Below, one piece after another: positions 1 to 6,859 of a DNA stretch of 11,121 bases. Position numbers and translations under genes: made by a program. Position 1 is the first letter of the stretch. Each line of letters opens with the position of its first letter. The notes beneath the pieces are model-generated. The model was not told where the DNA came from. It was given only the letters and a program-made list of their open reading frames with translations, and made no database searches. This DNA comes from Armatimonadota bacterium (GTDB taxonomy: Bacteria > Sysuimicrobiota > Sysuimicrobiia > Sysuimicrobiales > Humicultoraceae): the NCBI GenBank assembly GCA_037443365.1, contig JBBIOM010000030.1:11903-23023 (forward strand), given 5' to 3'.

Positions 1-1659
1 GGGCGGCGGCGTGGGCGTGGGCGGCCGGACCGGCTCGACAGTGAAGGTCCAGCTCGTCGTGGATTCGTTGCGCGCCAGGTCGGCTATGCGGGCCTGCACA
101 CGGTTCGGCCCCTGCGGCAGAGGATCAGGGGGCGTGTAGAGGGCGCTGGTCTCGGTGATCGCCACCGGGCGCGCCTCGCGCCCGTTGACCCAGAGACGGA
201 AGCTTGCCGGGTCCAGGCCGGCAGGTCCACGCTCGGTCAGCCCCAGGATGATCGTGGGCTGACGCTCGTTCACCACTGCGCCGGGTTCGGGCGCCCGCCG
301 CGTGAACTCAGGGGGCAGGCCGTCAATCGTCACCGTACCCGCGTACATCTCGGCCTCCTGGCCTGCCACCCGCAGGCGAACCGTCACGCCTGCCCGCGCC
401 GCCGCGTCCCCGTGGCGCACGGCGTAGCGCCCGGTGTAGGTTCCCAGAGGCCCCTCGACCATCGCCACACCACGCTCGATCCGGCCGATGTCGAACCAGG
501 CGCTCCCGCGCGGCGTGCCCCGCAGCGTCACGACAAGCAAGGCTCCGACGCCAAGCGGCCCGTGGTCGCTGATGTGCGCGCCGTCTATCCTTGGCTGGTA
601 GGGGTAGAACGGCGTCGGGATCGGGCGCGGCATCGGGACAGGCGGAACCGGCAGCGGCGTGGTGGGAGTGCGCGCGCGCACCTCCCACACGTCGCCGGTC
701 TGCGGATTCGCCCTGACCTCCACTTCCATGCCCCGGCGCAGCAGATCCCAGGTGACCTGGCGGCCGTCCAGGAAGAAGGCGGCATCCTCGGCGATGCGCA
801 GGATCTGCCCGTCACCCAGCACCAGGGTCCGGAACCCCACGCTCTCCACCAGACCGGCAAGCGCCCTGTAGAAGGCGCGCACCGACAACGCCCCGCCGGT
901 CGCGTCAGCGGTCACGCGCACGAAGTCTCCGCGCCGCAACTGGTCGAGCGAGACCGAGCCGCTGCGGCCCGAGGACACCTCGGTGAGGAAGATCGTGGTA
1001 AGCGCGGTCACGGCGAACCTCCACATCATCCCGTCCGCTGCCACCAGCAGGCGCGCCGGCAGCGTGTGGAGGTCGACTTGCGCGACTGTGCCCTCGACGA
1101 AGGCGGTATACGGCGTGGGCGTGGCGATCGGTGTGGGGCGGACAGGCTCGGGCGGCGGGGGCGGGATGACCGGCAGGGGCCGGACCGGCTCAGGCGGCCC
1201 CGGCAGGGGCGCGGCAGCCGGGGGAGGGCCGGTGGAACGCGCCGATGCGACGTACACGATACGTCCGGCCGGATCCCAGTTCACGCTCGCTCCCAACGCC
1301 TCGCCCACGAACCGCAGGGGCACGAGCGTACGGCCGGCCAGCACCATGGGCGGCACATCGAGCAGGACCGTTCGCCCATTCACCAGGGCACGGCCGAGGC
1401 CTGGCTGCAGGACAACTACCGTGGCGCCATGGCGCGCGACGACGCGGCCAGGGTCAGGCTGCCACTCGACCCGCGCGCCCAGACGCTCGAAGACCCCGCG
1501 CAGCGGGATCAGCACGCGCCCGGCCACGACCACAGGGGGCTGGTCGAAGGCGACAGCCCGACTGTCTACAACGACCCCTACGGCCTGCGCAACGGCCGGG
1601 TGGGGGAACGCGCCCACCATCGTCATGACAAGCGCCATAGCCACGATTCGCGACGCCAT
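1..1659 (-). CDS. Secreted multidomain cell-envelope protein (signal peptide, copper amine oxidase N-terminal/stalk domain, Pro-rich linkers, repeated beta-rich and Ig-like domains); 3' end lies beyond the left window edge
   Basis: Manual translation from ATG at 1659 (RBS GGAGGAG at 1671-1665) is open to base 1 (553 codons). N-terminus MASRIVAMALVMTMVGAFPHPAVA-QA resembles a Sec signal peptide; followed by FDQPPVVVAGRVLIPLRGVFERLGARVEW...LDVPPMVLAGRTLVPLRFVGEALGASVNWD, the typical duplicated signature of the Cu-amine-oxidase N-terminal domain. Absent from the ORF track, presumably because no stop falls in the window. Confidence 0.88.
   Translation of the reverse strand, partial: MASRIVAMALVMTMVGAFPHPAVAQAVGVVVDSRAVAFDQPPVVVAGRVLIPLRGVFERLGARVEWQPDPGRVVARHGATVVVLQPGLGRALVNGRTVLLDVPPMVLAGRTLVPLRFVGEALGASVNWDPAGRIVYVASARSTGPPPAAAPLPGPPEPVRPLPVIPPPPPEPVRPTPIATPTPYTAFVEGTVAQVDLHTLPARLLVAADGMMWRFAVTALTTIFLTEVSSGRSGSVSLDQLRRGDFVRVTADATGGALSVRAFYRALAGLVESVGFRTLVLGDGQILRIAEDAAFFLDGRQVTWDLLRRGMEVEVRANPQTGDVWEVRARTPTTPLPVPPVPMPRPIPTPFYPYQPRIDGAHISDHGPLGVGALLVVTLRGTPRGSAWFDIGRIERGVAMVEGPLGTYTGRYAVRHGDAAARAGVTVRLRVAGQEAEMYAGTVTIDGLPPEFTRRAPEPGAVVNERQPTIILGLTERGPAGLDPASFRLWVNGREARPVAITETSALYTPPDPLPQGPNRVQARIADLARNESTTSWTFTVEPVRPPTPTPPP
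1135..1191 (-). repeat. Tandem EPVRP peptide repeats in a Pro-rich linker (third copy at 22-36)
   Basis: PPEPVRPLPVIPPPPPEPVRPTP; copies at 1177-1191 and 1135-1149; the 14-mer ggccggaccggctc is identical at 1178-1191 and 23-36. Confidence 0.6.
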
Positions 1660-1664
1660 CGCGT

Positions 1665-1671
1665 CTCCTCC
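1665..1671 (-). promoter_or_regulatory. Shine-Dalgarno site of the secreted stalk-domain gene
   Basis: GGAGGAG on the minus strand, 5 nt before ATG at 1659. Confidence 0.8.
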
Positions 1672-1694
1672 GGGGCCTGGTCTCTTCGATTACA

Positions 1695-1721
1695 TTACGG
1701 GGGGAAAGGCACGGAAGTTCA
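1695..1721 (-). promoter_or_regulatory. Putative ECF sigma-dependent promoter (TGAAC-N17-CGTAA)
   Basis: Minus strand reads TGAAC (1721-1717), 17-nt spacer TTCCGTGCCTTTCCCCC, CGTAA (1699-1695) in the 64-bp gap between coaE and the secreted-protein gene; matches the general ECF AAC/CGT consensus. Confidence 0.6.
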
Positions 1722-1723
1722 CT

Positions 1724-2377
1724 CTACGACCCCGCGCCGTGCTCCCGGGCGTGCCAGGCCTGCCAGAGCGCCTCGATCTGCCTTCGGGTCGCGTTCGGGG
1801 ATCCGCTGTTGTCCACGACCCAGGTGGCCAGGGGGATCTTCTCGCGCAAGGGACGCTGCGCGCGCAGACGCTGTTGGGCCGCCTCCAGAGGGATGCCGTC
1901 GCGCGCCATCAGGCGGGCGATCTGCGTGGCTTCGTCCGCGAAGACGACGACCACGCCGTCTGGGGCGAAGGGCTCGGGCTGCGCCACGTCCAGCAGGAGC
2001 GGTGCTTCCACCACGATTAAAGCCCCGGGACGCGCCGCGCGCGCAGTCTTGATCTCTTCCTCGATGCGAGCGCGGATGCGAGGATGCGTGATCGCGTTCA
2101 ACCGGGCGCGGGCGCCGGGGTCGGCGAAGACGAGCGCACCCAGCGCTTTGCGGTCCAGGACACCACCCTCTGTGACGACCGATGCGCCAAACGCCCGTAC
2201 GATCTCGCGCAGGGCCTCGGTCCCTGGCGCGACCACCTCGCGCGCGACCGCGTCCGCGTCAATCACGTGCGCGCCCATCTCGCGGAGAAACCGCGCCACC
2301 AGGCTCTTGCCGCTTGCGATCCCGCCGGTGAGGCCGATCACCTTCGCGGCGCCGCGGTCCGCACCCCGGTCGTTCAC
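1724..2377 (-). CDS. coaE: Dephospho-CoA kinase
   Basis: VIGLTGGIASGKS P-loop, IDAD, LDRKALGALVF, LNAITHP, RLMARDG, DNSGS motifs; GTG start overlaps the polA stop (GTGA, 2377-2374); usual position downstream of polA. Confidence 0.96.
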   Translation of the reverse strand: MNDRGADRGAAKVIGLTGGIASGKSLVARFLREMGAHVIDADAVAREVVAPGTEALREIVRAFGASVVTEGGVLDRKALGALVFADPGARARLNAITHPRIRARIEEEIKTARAARPGALIVVEAPLLLDVAQPEPFAPDGVVVVFADEATQIARLMARDGIPLEAAQQRLRAQRPLREKIPLATWVVDNSGSPNATRRQIEALWQAWHAREHGAGS

Positions 2378-5022
2378 TGCGCCGCTCCCCCCTCGACCGC
2401 GCGCATCTCGGCCCAGTTGGGGCCGGCCTTGGCCTCGGCGACCAGCGGCACCGACAGCGGATACGCTCGCTCCATCACGGCGCGGACCGCCCCGGCGACC
2501 TGCGCGGTGACCGGCTTCGGCACCTCGAAGAGCAGCTCATCGTGAATCTGCAGCGTCATGCGCGTACCGGGGAATGCCGGCAGCACCTCCCGCGCGATCT
2601 CCAGCATCGCCAGCTTGATGATGTCGGCGCTGGACCCCTGGATCGGCGTGTTGATCGCGACGCGCTCGGCGGCCTCACGCACCGCGCGGTTGCGGCTCTG
2701 CAGGTCGGGGAGGTACCGCCGGCGGTTCAGCACCGTGGTGACGAAGCCGTCCCGGCGCGCCTCCTCCACGACGCGCAGCATGTACTCGCGCACCTTTGGA
2801 AAGCGCGCGTAGTAGAGCCCGATGAAGCCGCGCGCCTCCTCTCTTGAGATGCCGAGCTGGCCTGCGAGGCCGTGCTCGCTCATGCCGTAGGCGACGCCGA
2901 ACACGATCGCCTTGGCGCGGCGCCTGAGTTCAGGGGTCACCGCGCCGCGCGCAACGCCGAATACCTCGGCCGCGGTGATCGCGTGGATGTCCTCGCCCGC
3001 CTCGAACGCTTCCACCAGGCCCGGGTCGCGCGTGTAGTGCGCCAGCACGCGCAGGTCTATCTGCGAGTAGTCCACGCCGAGAAGCAGCGATCCCGGCGGC
3101 GCAACGACCGCGCGGCGTATCCTGCGGCCCTCCTCTGTGCGGATCGGCAGGTTCTGCAGATTCGGCTGCTCGGTAATCACGCGGCCCGTGGCGGCCAGCG
3201 TCTGGTTAAACGTGGTGTGCACGCGCCCGGTCGCTGGATCGGCCAGCCGCGGCAGCACGTCCACATAGGTTGACTTCAGCTTGCTCAGCTCGCGGTGCGC
3301 CAGGATCTTCGCTGCGACCTCGTGCCGGGGCGCCAGGCTCTCCAGCACCTCGGCGTCGGTCGAGTAGCCGGTCTTCGTCCGCCTCAGCGGGGGAAGTTGG
3401 AGTTTCTCGAACAGCACGTGCGCGAGCTGCTTGGGCGATCCCAGGTTGAACTCGGTGCCGGCTTGGGCGTAGATGTCCGCGGCCAGCGCCTCAATCCGGT
3501 CGGCCAGCTCGTCCCCGAGCGCGGCCAGGTACGGTAGATCGGCGGCAACGCCGTCCCTCTCCATTGCCGCAAGCACCGCGGCCAGCGGCACCTCGACGTC
3601 GCGGAACAGCCCCTCCACACCGTGCTCGCGCATGCGCGCCTCGAGCACCGGGCGAAGCCCCAGGAGCAGGGCGGCGGCCTGCGCGGTCGAAGCGCCGGCC
3701 CTGGGATCGAGTACCAGGTCATCGGCGGCATCGGGGTAGGGCTCGTGCGTTTCGGCGCCCAGGAACTCGCGCGCCGCAGCGGCCAGCCCGTGCGTGCGCC
3801 GTCCTGGGTTGATCAGGTACGACGCGATCGCCACGTCGAAGTCAAACCCGGCCGGCGTGACACCCGACCTGCCGAGCGTAAGCAGGTCGGCCTTCACGTC
3901 GGCGCTCACCTTGCGCACCGCAGGGTCCTCAAGGATGTCGCGGACCTGCTCCGGGATGCCCTGGTCCGTCCCGACCCACGCCGCCTTCCCTGATGCGGCG
4001 ATCCCCACCGCGCGCAGCCGCGCCGCGAGCGGGTGTCCGGAGCCCCGCAGGAACGCCGCGCCGATCTCACCGGCCGCACGCGCCCACGCCGCGATCTCGT
4101 CAGGGGTCGCCGACGCGACCGTGCTGGCCGGCCGCGCGGCTTCGGCTGGCGCGCGCCGCCTGCTCAGCCGGTCCAGGAACCCGCGGAACTCCAGGTCCGC
4201 AAACAGCGCCCTCAGGCGGTCGTCCTTTGGCTCTATGCGGCGCAGGGCTTCCAGATCAACCTCCACGGGCGCGTCGGCTGAGATCGTCGCGAGTTGCTTC
4301 GAGAGCACCACCTGTTCTCGCGCCGCTTCCAGGGCGGCGCGCACCTTGGGCGGCGCCTCGCCCAGCCGGTCGAGCAGCGCCTCGACGCAACCGAACTGCC
4401 GGACCAGGGCGCCCGCGGTCTTGTCGCCGATGCCGGGCACGCCCGGGATGTTGTCGCTTGCGTCGCCCCGAAGGCTCTTGTAGTCCGGAATCCGTCCCGG
4501 GTCAAACCCGAAGCGCTCGCGCACCCTGTCCTCGTTGTAGATCACGGCCTCGGAGGCCCCGCGCCCTGTGACCATCACGCGCGTGCGCGCGTTCACGAGC
4601 TGCAGGGTGTCCAGGTCGCCGCTGACCACAAGCACCTCGAGGCCCTCGGCCTGGGCGACGCGTGCGACGGTGGCGATCACGTCCTCGGCCTCGAAGCCCT
4701 CGGCCTCCAGGACCGGGATTCCAAGCACCCCCAGCACCTGCTTACCGAGGGCGACCTGCGGCCGCAGGTCGTCGGGCATCGCCTCGCGGTGGGCCTTGTA
4801 CTCCGCGAACCGTTCGTGCCGGAAGGTCGGGCCCGGCCTATCGAAGGCCGCGGCGATGTAGTCCGGGTCTTCCTCTTCGAGGACCTTGAGGACCATCGCG
4901 GTCAGGCCGTAGACCGCGTTGGTGGGCCGGCCGTCCCGGGTCGTCAGGTAGGGCAGGGCGAAGAAGGCGCGGTACATCAGGCCGTTGCTGTCCAGCAGCA
5001 CGAGCTTGCCCTGCGCCCGCAT
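2374..5022 (-). CDS. polA: DNA polymerase I (5'-3' flap nuclease, degenerate 3'-5' exonuclease, family A polymerase domain)
   Basis: LVLLDSNGLMYRAFFAL, TNAVYG, YKAHR, SGDLD, GDASDNIPGVPGIGDKTA; FNLGSPKQL, TKTGYSTDAEVL, KLKSTY, PNLQNLP, DYSQIDLR, RRRAKAIVFGVAYG, NTPIQGSSADIIK, IHDEL. Start moved from the track's 5163 (which overlaps the upstream gene) to the ATG at 5022 (alternative ATG 5025), following GGGAGG at 5034-5029. Confidence 0.97.
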   Translation of the reverse strand: MRAQGKLVLLDSNGLMYRAFFALPYLTTRDGRPTNAVYGLTAMVLKVLEEEDPDYIAAAFDRPGPTFRHERFAEYKAHREAMPDDLRPQVALGKQVLGVLGIPVLEAEGFEAEDVIATVARVAQAEGLEVLVVSGDLDTLQLVNARTRVMVTGRGASEAVIYNEDRVRERFGFDPGRIPDYKSLRGDASDNIPGVPGIGDKTAGALVRQFGCVEALLDRLGEAPPKVRAALEAAREQVVLSKQLATISADAPVEVDLEALRRIEPKDDRLRALFADLEFRGFLDRLSRRRAPAEAARPASTVASATPDEIAAWARAAGEIGAAFLRGSGHPLAARLRAVGIAASGKAAWVGTDQGIPEQVRDILEDPAVRKVSADVKADLLTLGRSGVTPAGFDFDVAIASYLINPGRRTHGLAAAAREFLGAETHEPYPDAADDLVLDPRAGASTAQAAALLLGLRPVLEARMREHGVEGLFRDVEVPLAAVLAAMERDGVAADLPYLAALGDELADRIEALAADIYAQAGTEFNLGSPKQLAHVLFEKLQLPPLRRTKTGYSTDAEVLESLAPRHEVAAKILAHRELSKLKSTYVDVLPRLADPATGRVHTTFNQTLAATGRVITEQPNLQNLPIRTEEGRRIRRAVVAPPGSLLLGVDYSQIDLRVLAHYTRDPGLVEAFEAGEDIHAITAAEVFGVARGAVTPELRRRAKAIVFGVAYGMSEHGLAGQLGISREEARGFIGLYYARFPKVREYMLRVVEEARRDGFVTTVLNRRRYLPDLQSRNRAVREAAERVAINTPIQGSSADIIKLAMLEIAREVLPAFPGTRMTLQIHDELLFEVPKPVTAQVAGAVRAVMERAYPLSVPLVAEAKAGPNWAEMRAVEGGAAQ

Positions 5023-5057
5023 CATCACCCTCCCGCAAACGCCGCCGCGCGGCGACC

Positions 5058-6257
5058 TCAGGGACCGCTGCTGGCCCTGCGAAAGCCCCGGCGCAGCAAC
5101 CACCACAGGACCGCGGCGAGGGCGGCCACCGGAAGCAGCGCGGCCGCGAGCGCCACCAGCCACTCGGCGGCGCCCAGCATCTGACGGACGGTGTTCAGAA
5201 GCGCGGCCTTGACGCGCTCAAGCGTCCGGGTGAAGTCCCAGAACCCGCCCTGCGACTTCTTCGGCTTCTCCCGCAGTTCCGCCTGCACCGTCGCCAGTTC
5301 CACCTTGTTGGCGAGGAAGCGCAGCCGGCCGGTCAGGCGCTCTATCTCGCCGCGCACCCGGGCCACCTCTCCCTCGATGGCCAGCAGGTCGGGGATCTTC
5401 GTGGCGCGGTCGAACAGGGCCAGCAGCCGCGCCTCCTGGCGCGCCAGGTTGCGCACGCGCGCCTCCAGGTCAACGAACTCCTCGGTCACGTCCTGACCGC
5501 TGATCCGGCGCTGCTGCACGAGACCCAGTTTCTCGATCTGCGCCACGACGTCGCCGAAGCGCCTCGCCGGCACGCGCAGGATGAAGGTGCCGCGCGGCGA
5601 GCCGTCCTCGTCCGAGAAGGAGGAGTCGGCGACGAACCCGCCAGCGCCTTCGGCGATGACGGACAGACGGCTGGCCGCATCGTTCAACCGCTCGACCTCG
5701 AGCGATATCTCGGCTGTCCGGATGACCCGGCGCGCGAAGGCGGCCTCATCGGGCGCCCCGGCAGGAGGAACCGCCTGCGCCGCGCTGCGCGGGCTCTCAC
5801 CGATCTTCGAGGCATCCGTCGTGACGCGAAGCGCCCTGAACCGGTAGGCGCCAAGCCGCTCCGTGACCTCGGGCATGCCCGCGTCACGCACCAGGTTGAC
5901 GGCGAAGACCCCAACGAGAACGACGGCCGCGGCCGCGGTTGCGGCCTTCCATGACCACCGGACCCGCGGCCAGGGGACGCTGCTCCACGGCAGGCCGGCG
6001 CGGAGGCGCGCCCACGGTGAGCGTGCGGCCGCCTGGGGCGCCTGCGCGATCCGGCGGCGCACCTCGTCGGCGAATCCATCGGGTGCCTGCATCGGTTCCA
6101 CCTCCTGCATCAGGGCAACGGTTGCGCGCAGCCCGGCCAGTTCCGCCCGGCAGGTAGAGCAACCCTCGAGGTGCGCCTCCACCCGGGCGGTCTCATGATC
6201 CGGCAGCGCGCCGTCTATGAGCGCGCCGAGCCGCATGCGTGCTTCCTCGTGTGTCAT
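5058..6257 (-). CDS. Membrane-anchored zinc-binding anti-sigma factor (zf-HC2/ZAS) with DUF4349-like domain
   Basis: N-terminal H-x25-HxxxCxxC (MTHEEAR...AHLEGCSTC); TM segment AATAAAAVVLVGVFAVNLV; RRVIRTAEISLEV...GGFV...LRVP...GQDVTEEFVDLEARVRNL...RVRGEIERL resembles DUF4349; second hydrophobic segment at the C-terminus; directly downstream of the ECF sigma gene. ATG 6257 preferred (AAGGTGG upstream); ATG 6278 is an alternative. Confidence 0.85.
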   Translation of the reverse strand: MTHEEARMRLGALIDGALPDHETARVEAHLEGCSTCRAELAGLRATVALMQEVEPMQAPDGFADEVRRRIAQAPQAAARSPWARLRAGLPWSSVPWPRVRWSWKAATAAAAVVLVGVFAVNLVRDAGMPEVTERLGAYRFRALRVTTDASKIGESPRSAAQAVPPAGAPDEAAFARRVIRTAEISLEVERLNDAASRLSVIAEGAGGFVADSSFSDEDGSPRGTFILRVPARRFGDVVAQIEKLGLVQQRRISGQDVTEEFVDLEARVRNLARQEARLLALFDRATKIPDLLAIEGEVARVRGEIERLTGRLRFLANKVELATVQAELREKPKKSQGGFWDFTRTLERVKAALLNTVRQMLGAAEWLVALAAALLPVAALAAVLWWLLRRGFRRASSGP

Positions 6258-6281
6258 CGGTCCGCCACCTTCTCCCATCCC

Positions 6282-6827
6282 TCACCCTTCGACGCCGACG
6301 AGGTCCGCCAGCTGCGCGCGCATGGCCTCGCGTCCCCGTGCCAGGCGCGACCGCACGGTGCCCAGAGGAACCCCCAGGACGCGGGCGACCTCGTCGTAGG
6401 CCAGACCCTGCAGGTCGCGCAGCACCACGGCTGCGCGGTACTCCAAGGGCAGATGGAACAGCGCGGCGTGCACGCGGCGGGTGATCTCGCGGCGTTCCAC
6501 CACGGCCTGGGGATTGTCGCCGGACACGTGTTCGGGGCGCAGTTCTTCTGGCGTGGACGCCGGCCGTCGCCGCACCAGGTCGAGCGCCGCGTTCGTCGCG
6601 ATGCGGTACAGCCAGGTCCCAAACGCGGCGTCCTGGCGGAACCCGGGGAGGGCCTGGTATGAGCGCACGAAGGCGTCCTGCGCCGCGTCCCAGGCGTCCT
6701 CGTGGTTCCCGGTTATACGGTATGCCAGGGCGTAGATCTGGTCCTGGTGAAGGCGGACGAGCAGATCGAACGCTTCGGTCTCGCCGGCGCGCGAGCGGTT
6801 GATCAGGTCACGTTCGCTTGGGGCCAC
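6282..6827 (-). CDS. ECF (group IV sigma-70) RNA polymerase sigma factor, SigW/RpoE-like
   Basis: 181 aa; region 2 AFDLLVRLHQDQIYALAYRITGNHEDAWDAAQDAF...FGTWLYRIATN; region 4 LPLEYRAAVVLRDLQGLAYDEVARVLGVPLGTVRSRLARGR; GAGGAG (6839-6834) 6 nt before GTG. Confidence 0.95.
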   Translation of the reverse strand: MAPSERDLINRSRAGETEAFDLLVRLHQDQIYALAYRITGNHEDAWDAAQDAFVRSYQALPGFRQDAAFGTWLYRIATNAALDLVRRRPASTPEELRPEHVSGDNPQAVVERREITRRVHAALFHLPLEYRAAVVLRDLQGLAYDEVARVLGVPLGTVRSRLARGREAMRAQLADLVGVEG

Positions 6828-6859
6828 CCTGGTCTCCTCGCATTAGCCCTGTCATCCCG

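Noticed and set aside
412-2052. 546-aa plus-strand ORF (and 983..2020, 1245..1628)
   Set aside because: Antisense shadows of the secreted-protein and coaE genes; Arg/His/Gly-rich with no motifs, expected in high-GC coding DNA.
2374-2377. Absence of mutM between polA and coaE
   Set aside because: Direct polA-coaE adjacency is common; no gene remnant is visible.
5026-5163. N-terminal extension of polA given by the ORF track
   Set aside because: Overlaps the anti-sigma gene in another frame; PolA homology begins at KLVLLD and an SD precedes ATG 5025/5022.
6687-6698. ECF region 2.2 motif DAWD instead of DAED
   Set aside because: Third position varies among ECF sigmas; it is not Ser/Thr, so no case for phosphorylation-activated ECF, and no kinase gene is nearby.
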